A stretch of DNA of 64,000 nucleotides from an uncultured archaeon (GTDB lineage: Archaea > Nanobdellota > Nanobdellia > Pacearchaeales > GW2011-AR1): contig CABMGN010000008.1 in NCBI GenBank assembly GCA_902385635.1, forward strand, positions 197,147-261,146, read 5' to 3'. Below the pieces are notes generated by a model that had not been told where the DNA came from, searched no databases, and worked only from the letters and a program-made list of their open reading frames with translations. Position numbers and translations under genes: made by a program. Shown here piece by piece: positions 38,139 through 47,777 of this stretch. Numbering within the stretch: the stretch's first letter is position 1; the number at the start of each line of letters is the position of its first letter.

Positions 38139-38906
38139 CTAGGGCTCTCCGTGAATAATATCCATAAAATTCATGTGATAATTTATATCTTCTTCGTAAA
38201 ATTCTGGGTGTTCGCTAGCATATTTTATTACTTTTTTTGAGTCATCAACATCTTCCCCCAAAGCTAAAAATATCTTTTTTATTTTTTCTAATTCTTCTGG
38301 ACGATCTATTGAAAGAACTATATTGGGTTTTTGAAAGGAAGGATTTTCCGCAAAATTTTTAATTTTAAACTTACTAGGATTTTCTAGGATGTAAAGAGTT
38401 ATGTGTTCTTTGTGCTTTTTTTCGTTCGCTAGACTAAAAACCCTCTCTATGGCTTCTCTGGTGATTACCTCTGCGTGCATTCCGAGGGGAACCCCCCTCT
38501 TATGGCGATTATGGGAATACTCTGCTTCGTTATTTTTTACATTTTTAATAAGCCGATCCATAGCTTCTGTAAAAAGTAAGGCACAATCCACAGTTATTCT
38601 AACAATTATATCTGCATTGTGCGCTCTGGCGGCTAAAACAAACTCCTCTAATGCGGAAGTTGCTTTTTCATAAGAAATACCTACTCCTAACTTTTGAGCT
38701 AATTTAACTATTGGGAGGTTTTCTCCTGAAGGTAGATTAGTAGTAGCAACTACAATCTCGTCTATCTCTTTGGACTTCCTTAGTCTGTTTATTTGATGTT
38801 CTAATATTGTTTTACCTCCTAATTTGGCCAGAACTTTTCCGGGAAATCGCGTAGATCCCATCCTCGCCATTATTATTGCAACAACTTTTTTCTTACTTTT
38901 TTCCAT
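38139..38906 (-). CDS. Cytidylyltransferase (SpsF/PseF/NeuA family)
   Basis: ARMGSTRFPGKVL, VRIT.DC, EH.T.YI, SIDRPEE. Confidence 0.9.
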   Translation of the reverse strand: MEKSKKKVVAIIMARMGSTRFPGKVLAKLGGKTILEHQINRLRKSKEIDEIVVATTNLPSGENLPIVKLAQKLGVGISYEKATSALEEFVLAARAHNADIIVRITVDCALLFTEAMDRLIKNVKNNEAEYSHNRHKRGVPLGMHAEVITREAIERVFSLANEKKHKEHITLYILENPSKFKIKNFAENPSFQKPNIVLSIDRPEELEKIKKIFLALGEDVDDSKKVIKYASEHPEFYEEDINYHMNFMDIIHGEP

Positions 38907-40380
38907 TTTTTAATACTCTCTTAATTAATTCAGAAAAGTTTATTGAAGCCCGTCCATCGTTATTCCCAATATATTCTTTTAGAAATTTTTCTCCATTCTT
39001 AGCTAATCTACGAATAACCTCTTTTTTGTATAAACAAGCATTTAATGCTTTATTGAAATCATTATCTGCATAGACCCCATAAGCTGCTTTATTTTTAGCG
39101 AAAGGTAAAAGATCTGGTTTTCCAGTCAAGTTTACCGTAATCACAGGTTTTTTCAAAATGAGGGCGTCTATAGCTGTTGTTGAGCAGATAGTGACTAGCA
39201 CCTTACACCTTTGTATGAAATAATTTATTCCCTCGGGGGGTTGCCCCGGGATTATTTCTATCTTTGATTTATATTTTTCTAAGAAGCTTTTAACTAAGTC
39301 AGGTTTTTGACCGGGGTGGAGGTTTATTAAAATCTTCTCTTTAAGATTATTAGTCCCCTTTATTACTACCTCAAGAAATTTTTTTTGCTCTTCTTCTGAT
39401 ACCATTTGAGTGGTTATTAATATATACTCTCCCCTAGGAACTCTCTTTGGTACTGGCAGTCCATCATATTTTGTAGAACCCGCAATAAATATCTTCTTTT
39501 TATCATACCCCCTTCTTATTAACATTTCTTTTGTTAATTTTCCCCATACAACAAATTTATCTGCTAGAGTTGGTTGATAATAAGCGCAATCTATCGCAGC
39601 TCCATGTTGGCTTACTATGGAAGGAACCCCAATTTTGTTTGCTAAATAGACTTCTACTTTCCCGAAGGTATCCATATCTGTTCCAGTAATTATTACTCCG
39701 GGCTTTTCTTTTTTTATAACCTCTTTGATAGTCTCTATGTGCTCGATAGTTGTTAAGAAATTCTGGAAAAATTTTTCTTTTACTTCCGGCCATAAGTTTT
39801 TATTCCCATACCTAAAACTATTATTTTTTACTAGTTTCTTCCATCCTTGATTAAATCTCTTTACTTCTCTTAATATCCTTGGGATCTTTTTGGTAGAAAG
39901 ATATCCTTCTACGGAATTGTAGGATATCTTGTTTTTTTTCAACATTTCCTTTGCAAAAGGACTTCCAGCAATTACTCTCACTTTCACCCCTCCATCTCTT
40001 TTAAGTTGTTTTACTACTGGGATGAGAGTGTCTGCTTGGCTAGATGAATAAATGAAGAAAAGGGCAGAATTCCCTTTATTTTCATTTACGTTCTCTCTCT
40101 TCTTTAAGTATTTCAAAATTCTTTTTATCCCTACTTTAATTTTTTTATTATCCAAAAAAGATTTCTTTTTTTTCTTAGAAAATTTGTTTTTCATAATTTC
40201 ACTAAACCCTAATAAGATATCATGTTGAATCATTGGACCCAAATCGATGCCCGAATATTTGAACAGTTCTTTAAACTCTTTTATCTCCTGAAGTTTTCTA
40301 AACAAGTTTAAAGAACTTTCATAACCGTCTCTGAACTCATCCGGATCTTTTACAATATACTTAGAAAATTCTATCTCCAT
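38893..40380 (-). CDS. GT-B protein, candidate nonulosonate transferase (CDP-glycerol glycerophosphotransferase-like)
   Basis: SQHG, VWG, GSTKYD, LHP, STTAIDA..LKKPVI; first gene of the synthase/cytidylyltransferase operon. Confidence 0.6.
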   Translation of the reverse strand: MEIEFSKYIVKDPDEFRDGYESSLNLFRKLQEIKEFKELFKYSGIDLGPMIQHDILLGFSEIMKNKFSKKKKKSFLDNKKIKVGIKRILKYLKKRENVNENKGNSALFFIYSSSQADTLIPVVKQLKRDGGVKVRVIAGSPFAKEMLKKNKISYNSVEGYLSTKKIPRILREVKRFNQGWKKLVKNNSFRYGNKNLWPEVKEKFFQNFLTTIEHIETIKEVIKKEKPGVIITGTDMDTFGKVEVYLANKIGVPSIVSQHGAAIDCAYYQPTLADKFVVWGKLTKEMLIRRGYDKKKIFIAGSTKYDGLPVPKRVPRGEYILITTQMVSEEEQKKFLEVVIKGTNNLKEKILINLHPGQKPDLVKSFLEKYKSKIEIIPGQPPEGINYFIQRCKVLVTICSTTAIDALILKKPVITVNLTGKPDLLPFAKNKAAYGVYADNDFNKALNACLYKKEVIRRLAKNGEKFLKEYIGNNDGRASINFSELIKRVLKNGKK

Positions 40381-40449
40381 ATTAATACATTCCTTGGGTA
40401 TTTTAAAAGTTTTACATACTTATTTAAAGTTATTAATTTTTTAAAAAAA

Positions 40450-41103
40450 ATGAATAAACCTTTAGAGAAGGAAATGAGTAATTTTTACTCTTCTTCAGAA
40501 CCTTATATGAATCAGTTAAAAAAGCATAGTCTTTCAGATTATGGGGTTTACCTAAACAAAATTCTCTCTACACTCTCTAAGGGGAGTTCTATTTTGGATG
40601 TTGGCTGCGGGGTTGGGCAAGTTGCTAATTTTCTTCAAACAAACGGGTACGCTGTAACTGGAATAGATATTTCTCCCCTTTTTATTAAAGAGGGAAGAAA
40701 ATTAGGAAAGGCTAAACTTCTGGAGATGGATTCTACTAAACTTAAGTTTAAAGACGAATCTTTTGCTTCTGTAATTTCTGCTGAGTCTCTAGAGCATATG
40801 CCCAATCCAAAAAAAGTTTTAGAAGAAATGGATCGGGTTTTAAAGAAGAAGGGTCTGCTTGTTCTCCGATTTCCTAATAAGCAGTCTAAATTTAACAATT
40901 TTATAACTCTCTTAACTAAGAAGCCCTATTTTCAGATTGTTCAGCCTAATTTAGACAAAAATGTATTCGGAGAGGATGAAGACTTGTGCTACCTTGCCTC
41001 AACTTCTGATGTAATCGTTTTTCTAAGAAAAAGAGGGTACAAAATAGTTTATACAAAACCTTTCTTTTGGCCGTCTGCTTTGATTCTAGCTAGAAAGCCT
41101 TAA
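40450..41103 (+). CDS. Class I SAM-dependent methyltransferase
   Basis: ILDVGCGVG, GIDIS, LEH, RVLKKKG. Confidence 0.9.
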   Translation: MNKPLEKEMSNFYSSSEPYMNQLKKHSLSDYGVYLNKILSTLSKGSSILDVGCGVGQVANFLQTNGYAVTGIDISPLFIKEGRKLGKAKLLEMDSTKLKFKDESFASVISAESLEHMPNPKKVLEEMDRVLKKKGLLVLRFPNKQSKFNNFITLLTKKPYFQIVQPNLDKNVFGEDEDLCYLASTSDVIVFLRKRGYKIVYTKPFFWPSALILARKP

Positions 41104-41127
41104 AAAATGTGATGATTCTTAGTCTCT

Positions 41128-42297
41128 ATGAACATTATGTTTCAAGTTGGTTCTTGGCATTATGACAAGGGTGGGACAGACCTTTTTGTAAAAACAATCG
41201 CCCACTGGCTAGCAAAAAAAGGGCATAAGGTGGTTGTTCTTGTTCATCGATTAGAAGAAGAAAAATGTTCCGATGAAGATATCTCTTTTGGAAAAGGAGC
41301 TATTTTAGTAAGGTATACTCCTCCTCAGAAGAAGGGGTTAAGATTTAATCCGCTAGTTTATTCTTACCGGCTTTTCCTTACCTCCCTATATCTCTATCGA
41401 TTAGCCAAAAAGGAGGAAGTTCAAGCAATTGTTGTTGGGGAAACAGAACTGCTTTCTGTTCTTCCCCTTAAACTACTAGACGTTAAAATTTTCTGTCGTG
41501 GTGGGGCTTTACTTTATGAAACAATGAGTAAAGAAGTGCTAAAGGAGCGGGGCAGAGGTTTTTACTCTAAACTTTTCATTAATCTAATTAGGTTATATAA
41601 CAAATTTACTTTAAAACTTCCAGATGTAATGGTACCAGTTAATGAAGCAGAGTACTCTTTTATGAAAGTGCATATGAATAATCATGCACTAATAAAAATA
41701 ATCCCCCATGGAATAGATATTAATCTTTTCAAACCTCTAAAAGATAGGTTTCTAAGCAGGAATGTTGTTGTTGGTTATGTTGGAAGATTAGCCCCCATAA
41801 AATACCCAGAAACAGCTCTTAAAATTTTTAAGGAAGCTTCAAAAGGAAAAAGGGGTGTAGAATTTTGGTGGATTGGGCCGTTAGATCCATCTTACTCTGC
41901 AAATCAGTTTGACTTGTTTAAATCTCAAGAAGGAGTTAGTAATGCTAAGTATATTAGTAAAGTAGATAACTCTAAGCTCCCTAACTTTCTTAATAAAATG
42001 GATATTTTCTTACAAGTAGAGCAACAAACAAATGTTTCAAGATCTACAACAGAAGCAGCCTCATGCGGACTACCCATTGTTGCCCTAAACAAAGGGAAAG
42101 AATCTTACGGGTTCTTTACTATGAATCAAACAGAAGCAATATCTAGATTACATAAATTAATTAATTCTAAAGACCTTAGACAAAAAGAGGGAGATCGAGC
42201 TAGGCAAGAAATAATAAAAAACTTTTCAGAAGAAAGAATATATCAAAAATATTTAGATCTCTTTAATTTAGTTACAAACAAAGATGAAAGAAAATGA
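41128..42297 (+). CDS. Glycosyltransferase family 4
   Basis: GG, IPHGID..LF, YVGRLAPIK, EAASCGLPIV. Confidence 0.88.
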   Translation: MNIMFQVGSWHYDKGGTDLFVKTIAHWLAKKGHKVVVLVHRLEEEKCSDEDISFGKGAILVRYTPPQKKGLRFNPLVYSYRLFLTSLYLYRLAKKEEVQAIVVGETELLSVLPLKLLDVKIFCRGGALLYETMSKEVLKERGRGFYSKLFINLIRLYNKFTLKLPDVMVPVNEAEYSFMKVHMNNHALIKIIPHGIDINLFKPLKDRFLSRNVVVGYVGRLAPIKYPETALKIFKEASKGKRGVEFWWIGPLDPSYSANQFDLFKSQEGVSNAKYISKVDNSKLPNFLNKMDIFLQVEQQTNVSRSTTEAASCGLPIVALNKGKESYGFFTMNQTEAISRLHKLINSKDLRQKEGDRARQEIIKNFSEERIYQKYLDLFNLVTNKDERK

Positions 42298-43246
42298 TTC
42301 GTTCGTTCTAGAAGAAATTTCTCCTTGGGTAGTTTATCAGAGTAAGGACTGGAAAAGAATAAAAGAGTCCTCTGGGAAGAAACCAGTAACTATCGAAGTA
42401 GAAAATAAAGGGGAGATTAATGCCCAGATTTTAGCCTTTGAACAGATACTTCAGACCCCCTTTGGGAAAAAACAAATACTTTTTGCAGAAGGGCTCCCTT
42501 TATTCAAGGAAGAAGAAGACTTAAAAAAAGTTTTAAACCTTTTTAAAAAAGCCTCTAAAAAATATTTTTATGGGGTTATTTTTCCAACAGTTCTCTCAGA
42601 TAAAAATACTTTCTTTGAAGAAGAAGGTTACTCTAAGATAAGCAATTATACGATTCTTCTTGATCTAGAAAAACCAGAATCGGAGCTATTTAAAAATTTG
42701 GAAAAAAAATCCTCTAGATGGGGGGTTAAATTTGCCGAAAAACAGGGTTTATCTTTTGAGGAAGCAACTGAAGAAGAACTACCTTTGTTTTATGAAATGT
42801 ACTTAAAGACTACCGAAGACGGAGGATTTAACCCGGAAAGTTACGAATTTTTTAAACAGCTATTTACCTCAAAAATAGGAAAAATTTTTATTGTTAAAAA
42901 AGAAAAGAAACTTCTTGCAGGAGGAGCGGTTCTCTTGGACAAAGATTATGCTATACTAAACCTTACCTCTTCAACAGAAGAAGGGCATAAGTTCCAGGCT
43001 ATGCCTTTTTTTTATTGGAACATAATCAGATATACTAAATCTTTAAATAAAAAATATCTGGACTTTGGGGGGTATGACGCAGAGGCAAAAGAAGGAGATA
43101 AGACCTTTGCTGTAAACAAATTTAAGGAAAGATTCGGAGGTAAAATTGTTGAGCAACCAATTTATTCTACTAATAAAAAATACTTTTTGATAAGGAAATT
43201 AATGAGAAAAGCAAGATTTATTAAAAAGTTGTACAAAAAACAATGA
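42284..43246 (+). CDS. FemAB/FemX-like (double GNAT) transferase
   Basis: YQS.DW, TILLDL...E.ELF.NL...SRW..K.A.K.G, LDFGG, FKERFGG. Confidence 0.8.
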   Translation: MKENDSFVLEEISPWVVYQSKDWKRIKESSGKKPVTIEVENKGEINAQILAFEQILQTPFGKKQILFAEGLPLFKEEEDLKKVLNLFKKASKKYFYGVIFPTVLSDKNTFFEEEGYSKISNYTILLDLEKPESELFKNLEKKSSRWGVKFAEKQGLSFEEATEEELPLFYEMYLKTTEDGGFNPESYEFFKQLFTSKIGKIFIVKKEKKLLAGGAVLLDKDYAILNLTSSTEEGHKFQAMPFFYWNIIRYTKSLNKKYLDFGGYDAEAKEGDKTFAVNKFKERFGGKIVEQPIYSTNKKYFLIRKLMRKARFIKKLYKKQ

Positions 43247-44289
43247 AAAAAATTTTAATGATGGGTTTTACTCCTCCCGAAGAGGGCGGAAGTGAAAGAC
43301 ATATATACGAAATTAGCTCAAGAATGTCTGATGCAGTAGTCTTTACTCAAAAAGGCTCTTTGTGTAGAAATAAAATAGAAGTTTCTACGCTTAACTATGG
43401 CCCAATTTTAAGGAACACATCATTTCTTTTTATGTCTCTACTCTTTGCTATATATCTCTTAATCGCTCCAAAAAAGAAGTACGAATCTATACATATACAT
43501 GAAAATTTGCTTTATTTCTTAGCTCCAATTCTTCGGCTGAGATACTATGTGGTAATCACTATTCATGGTATAACTGGGTTTAAATTTTACGATCATAAAC
43601 TTCTCTGGTTTTTTTTCAGAAGTTCCTTGCGATGTGCGAATAAAGTAATATCTGTAAGTTTAGCCGATAAAGAGCTTTTAGATGTTGAGTTAAAAAAAGT
43701 GGAGTATATACCTAACGGGGTAGATCTTTCAGTGTATGAACTCATTGGAGAACAGAAAATTAAGAAAGAGATAACTTTTGTTGGAAGGATTCATGAACAG
43801 AAAGGAGTGGAAACTTTGGTTAAAGCTTTTGAATTAGTTTCAAAGTTTTTCCCAGAATATACCCTAAAAATAATTGGTAAAAAAGAAGGAAATTATTACG
43901 AAAAATTAAGAAGTAAGTATGTAAATAAAAAAATAGTTTGGAAAGGATTTATACTTGATAGGGAGAAACTTTTTACAGAGATAGCCTCCTCAGAAATTTT
44001 AGTCTGCCCCTCTTTGTGGGAAGCTCTCCCATGGCCCGGTCTTCTGGAAAACCTCGGTTCCGGCCGCCCAGTTATTGCCTCAAGCCTTAAAGGAATGGAT
44101 AAAATATTCAGGGATAAAAAAGATATACTCTTGGTTAAGCCTTTAGATGTTGACGCTCTTTCTACAGCAATGAATTTTCTTATTAAACATAAAAATGTAG
44201 CTTCATCAATTGGAAACAATGGTGGAAGAAGAGCAGAAGATTATCGGTGGGAAATAATAGCAACAAAAGTGCACAGAGTTTATAAATAA
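43243..44289 (+). CDS. Glycosyltransferase family 4
   Basis: GGSE, IPNGVD, FVGRIHEQKG, PSLWE. Confidence 0.9.
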   Translation: MKKILMMGFTPPEEGGSERHIYEISSRMSDAVVFTQKGSLCRNKIEVSTLNYGPILRNTSFLFMSLLFAIYLLIAPKKKYESIHIHENLLYFLAPILRLRYYVVITIHGITGFKFYDHKLLWFFFRSSLRCANKVISVSLADKELLDVELKKVEYIPNGVDLSVYELIGEQKIKKEITFVGRIHEQKGVETLVKAFELVSKFFPEYTLKIIGKKEGNYYEKLRSKYVNKKIVWKGFILDREKLFTEIASSEILVCPSLWEALPWPGLLENLGSGRPVIASSLKGMDKIFRDKKDILLVKPLDVDALSTAMNFLIKHKNVASSIGNNGGRRAEDYRWEIIATKVHRVYK

Positions 44290-44307
44290 AAAATCCTTGA
44301 ATTAAGA

Positions 44308-44985
44308 ATGGTTCTTCAAAATGGATGGCCTAAATACTGGGAAAGAGCAGAACAGGGGGGGAATTACTATGGGAAGCATGGAGCGAACTCGGATTTAGAG
44401 ATCAACATACTAAATATTACTAAAAAAGATATCCTCTTGGATATAGGTTGTGCAAATGGGGCCATTTTGACCGATATTCGAAAAAAGACCGGGGCGATTG
44501 GTTATGGTATCGATATTTCTCCAATTCCTCTAAAATTAAACAAAGATAAAAAGCTTAAACTTAAGGTTGCAGATATGGAAAAAACAGGCTATCCGGGTAA
44601 TACTTTTACTAAAGTCATTTCCCGAGGGGTATTTGAGCATACTCCTCGCACAGAAAAGGTCTTTTTAGAATTAAATAGGATAATGAAAAGAGGTGGGCTG
44701 GCTTTTATTACTGTGCCTAATAAAATTTCCTTTTTTCACCTGACTAAAAATTTTAAGATGATTATTCGAACCTGGGATCTGGGTTATGAACGAAGCTTTT
44801 CTAAAAAAGAGATAGACGTCGTACTTAAAAAAACAGGATTTAAATTAGAGAGATACTACATTATTCCTCACAGCCAAGTATCAAACATCTTTAATTGGGG
44901 GGATAATCAGCTTAATAAAATAAATAAGAATTATTTTGGCTTCTTTATTTATTTCACTGCAAGAAAAATTAAAGATGTTGCCTAA
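44308..44985 (+). CDS. Class I SAM-dependent methyltransferase
   Basis: LLDIGCANG, GIDIS, FEH, ITVPN. Confidence 0.88.
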   Translation: MVLQNGWPKYWERAEQGGNYYGKHGANSDLEINILNITKKDILLDIGCANGAILTDIRKKTGAIGYGIDISPIPLKLNKDKKLKLKVADMEKTGYPGNTFTKVISRGVFEHTPRTEKVFLELNRIMKRGGLAFITVPNKISFFHLTKNFKMIIRTWDLGYERSFSKKEIDVVLKKTGFKLERYYIIPHSQVSNIFNWGDNQLNKINKNYFGFFIYFTARKIKDVA

Positions 44986-45724
44986 ACTTACATTTAGCAT
45001 TGATGTTGAACCAGACTTACATACTGGGAAATACCGGGGTGTAACCGAAGGGTTAGCAAGATTAAAAGTGCTGTGTGATAAGTACGACGTTAAGCCCATA
45101 CTTTTTGTAACATCAGATTGTCTTTCTAAAAATGCACTAATCTTTAAAAAATTTTCACAAAAAGGGTGGGAGATTTCATTTCATGGTAAGAGTCATAAAA
45201 GGTTCGATGAAATGAGTGAATCTCAGAAAGAAGAGGAAATAAGCTCTTCTGTAAAATTATTTAAAAATAAATTAGGTTTTTACCCTAAAGGGTTTAGGGC
45301 CCCGCAACATGGGATAGATGATTCTACTTTAGACTTGTTGGTTAAGTACGGCTTTAAGTACGACTCTAGTTATACCCCCTTAAATCTTCTCCAACTTTTA
45401 TTTTTCCCAAGAAAATTTTCTCTATGGGCACGAAATTTTTTCTCAAGAAGAAGAATTTATCACATCAGAAGGGGTTTACTTGAAATTCCAACAACCTCTT
45501 TTTTTGTTCCTTTTGTTTCTTTGACTCTAAGGGTCCTTCCAAAAGTTTTTTTGAAGTCATATATAAGATTAATAAAACTAACTTACGAAAGACCACTTTT
45601 TTACGCGCATTCATGGGATTTTATTGAGATGAAGGATAGTAAGGTTGATAGGATTTTTCCACATACTCTATTTTTAAATAAATTAGAATATATAATGAAA
45701 AATGAAAGTTCTAGAGCTAACTAA
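44975..45724 (+). CDS. Polysaccharide deacetylase (NodB family)
   Basis: FSIDVE, HGKSH, GFRAP, YDSS, EIP, YAHSWD; likely start ATG44975. Confidence 0.9.
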   Translation: MLPKLTFSIDVEPDLHTGKYRGVTEGLARLKVLCDKYDVKPILFVTSDCLSKNALIFKKFSQKGWEISFHGKSHKRFDEMSESQKEEEISSSVKLFKNKLGFYPKGFRAPQHGIDDSTLDLLVKYGFKYDSSYTPLNLLQLLFFPRKFSLWARNFFSRRRIYHIRRGLLEIPTTSFFVPFVSLTLRVLPKVFLKSYIRLIKLTYERPLFYAHSWDFIEMKDSKVDRIFPHTLFLNKLEYIMKNESSRAN

Positions 45725-46859
45725 CTACTCTTCCGGAATATGCGGGGTTTGGGCGAGAGTAAAGGAAGAATCTGAAGGACTTTCTAGACTTGGATATGAA
45801 GTAAAGATATTCTCTTCTAATCTTACTAAAGGGTCTAATAATGTAGCTCCTCCTAAAGGAAATCTGGGAAAAATAGAAATAAAGAGGTTCGCCTCCATTC
45901 AACCTGGGACTTATCCCCTCCATTTTTTACCTGGAGGAGAAAGTTACATGTTTTGGAATTTTAAAGAAGCTGGAAAGGAAATAAGAAAATTTAAACCAGA
46001 CTTAATAATCGTCCATTCATACCGGCACACACACAACCTTTTTGCTTTAAGAATGGCAAAAAAGATTGGGGCTAAAGTTTTTTTGGTAACTCACGCCCCA
46101 TTTGTGGAGGAAGATGCAACTAGGTCTTTTTGGGGCCATTCTGCTAGTTGGTTTTATAATTATTTTATTGGATCAAAGACCATAAACAAGTTTGATAAAG
46201 TTATAACAATCACTCACTGGGAAGAACCATACCTTAAGAAATTAGGAGTTAAACCTGAAAAATTAGCTTACATTCCAAATGGGATTCCGGGACTTTTTTT
46301 TAAATATAAGAAAAAAGTTCCAGAAGAAAATAAAATACTTTTCTTAGGAAGAATAGCCCCGATTAAGGACCTCGAAACTCTAATCTCTGCTTTCGCTTTG
46401 ATTAAGAATAAAAAAATAAAATTAGAATTAGTGGGCCCCGCAGAAGAAGGATATCTTCTAAAACTTAAAGATTTAATCAAGAAAAAGTTTCTTGAAAAAA
46501 GAGTAACTTTCTCTGGGCCTATTTATAATTTGGAAGATAAACTTTCTAAGATAGACTCTAGCAAGATTTTCATTCTTCCCTCTAAAAGAGAAGCAATGCC
46601 CCAGTCTTTGATTGAAGCAATGGCCCGTAAAAAAATAGTTATTTCTAGTAATAATCCAGGATCAAAAGAGATAGTTCTTAAAGAAGGGGGTTTTTTATTC
46701 AACGTGGGAGACGCAACAGACCTTGCAAAGAAGGTAGACTCGGCGTTATCCCTTTCACCTAAAGCCCGAAATAAGATTAAACTTAAAGCATTTAACTCTG
46801 TAAACAAATTTAATTGGGAAAGAGTAATAAAGAGTTTAGACCTGGAGATAAAAAAATGA
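45702..46859 (+). CDS. Glycosyltransferase family 4
   Basis: IPNGI, FLGRIAPIK, PSKREAMP..LIEAMA. Confidence 0.9.
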   Translation: MKVLELTNYSSGICGVWARVKEESEGLSRLGYEVKIFSSNLTKGSNNVAPPKGNLGKIEIKRFASIQPGTYPLHFLPGGESYMFWNFKEAGKEIRKFKPDLIIVHSYRHTHNLFALRMAKKIGAKVFLVTHAPFVEEDATRSFWGHSASWFYNYFIGSKTINKFDKVITITHWEEPYLKKLGVKPEKLAYIPNGIPGLFFKYKKKVPEENKILFLGRIAPIKDLETLISAFALIKNKKIKLELVGPAEEGYLLKLKDLIKKKFLEKRVTFSGPIYNLEDKLSKIDSSKIFILPSKREAMPQSLIEAMARKKIVISSNNPGSKEIVLKEGGFLFNVGDATDLAKKVDSALSLSPKARNKIKLKAFNSVNKFNWERVIKSLDLEIKK

Positions 46860-47743
46860 TCTCTATAGTAATAACTTCTTTTAACGAACCTAAAACCGTC
46901 GGGAAAGCTATAGACTCTTTTCTTTCTCAAAAGATTAGAAAAAAATTTGAGTTAATTGTTGTAGCGCCAGACAAAGGAACAGAAGATATTGTAAGAAGAT
47001 TTTCTCAAAAAAATAAACAAGTGAGATATTTTAAGGATCCTGGAAAGGGAAAGTCTTACGCTTTAAATCTAATTATTCCCAAATTAAGAGGAGAAATTTT
47101 GGTCTTTACAGATGGAGATCTCTTTGTTTCTAGAAATTCTTTAAATGAGATTCTAAAAAAGTTTGAAGATCCCCGGGTCGGGTGTGTTTCTGCTCGGCCA
47201 GTCCCGATGGAAGATAAAAAAACCAAGTATGGTTATTTTGCTAACTTTTTATTTGACTCTGCGCATAAATTGAGGAAAAAATCAGAAAATAAATTTGGTT
47301 TTGTTGAATGCTCTGGGTACCTTTGGGCATTTCGGAATAATGTTATAACTAGCTTCCCAGTAGATGTTGCTGAGGATACGATCGTTCCATGTCTTTTTTA
47401 TTTAAAAGGATATAAAATTGCTTACGCTCCAAAAGCAGAAGTTTACGTCAAAAACGTAACTAACCTTAAAGACTGGCTTAAACAAAAAATTAGAACAACA
47501 AAGGCGCATGAAACCCTGTTAAAGTACGTAGACGTGAAGAGGGTCCCTAGGTCAAAAAGTTTCTTAAATGAACTTTTTGGGGGCTTTTATCTATTTACTT
47601 ACCCTAAGAAAATAAGAGAAGTATTCTGGACCTTGGACTTATTTTTTCTTAGACTTTACATGTGGGTAGCAGTATTTTATCACACCAAAATTAAGAAAAA
47701 AAGATATTCTGATGCTTGGGAAAGAATTAATAGCACAAAATAA
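46856..47743 (+). CDS. Glycosyltransferase family 2
   Basis: SIVITSFNE, GKSYALN, FTDGD, AED, Q..R; likely start ATG46856. Confidence 0.88.
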   Translation: MISIVITSFNEPKTVGKAIDSFLSQKIRKKFELIVVAPDKGTEDIVRRFSQKNKQVRYFKDPGKGKSYALNLIIPKLRGEILVFTDGDLFVSRNSLNEILKKFEDPRVGCVSARPVPMEDKKTKYGYFANFLFDSAHKLRKKSENKFGFVECSGYLWAFRNNVITSFPVDVAEDTIVPCLFYLKGYKIAYAPKAEVYVKNVTNLKDWLKQKIRTTKAHETLLKYVDVKRVPRSKSFLNELFGGFYLFTYPKKIREVFWTLDLFFLRLYMWVAVFYHTKIKKKRYSDAWERINSTK

Positions 47744-47777
47744 GAAAGAATAAAAACGTCTTTATTTTAATACTAAT

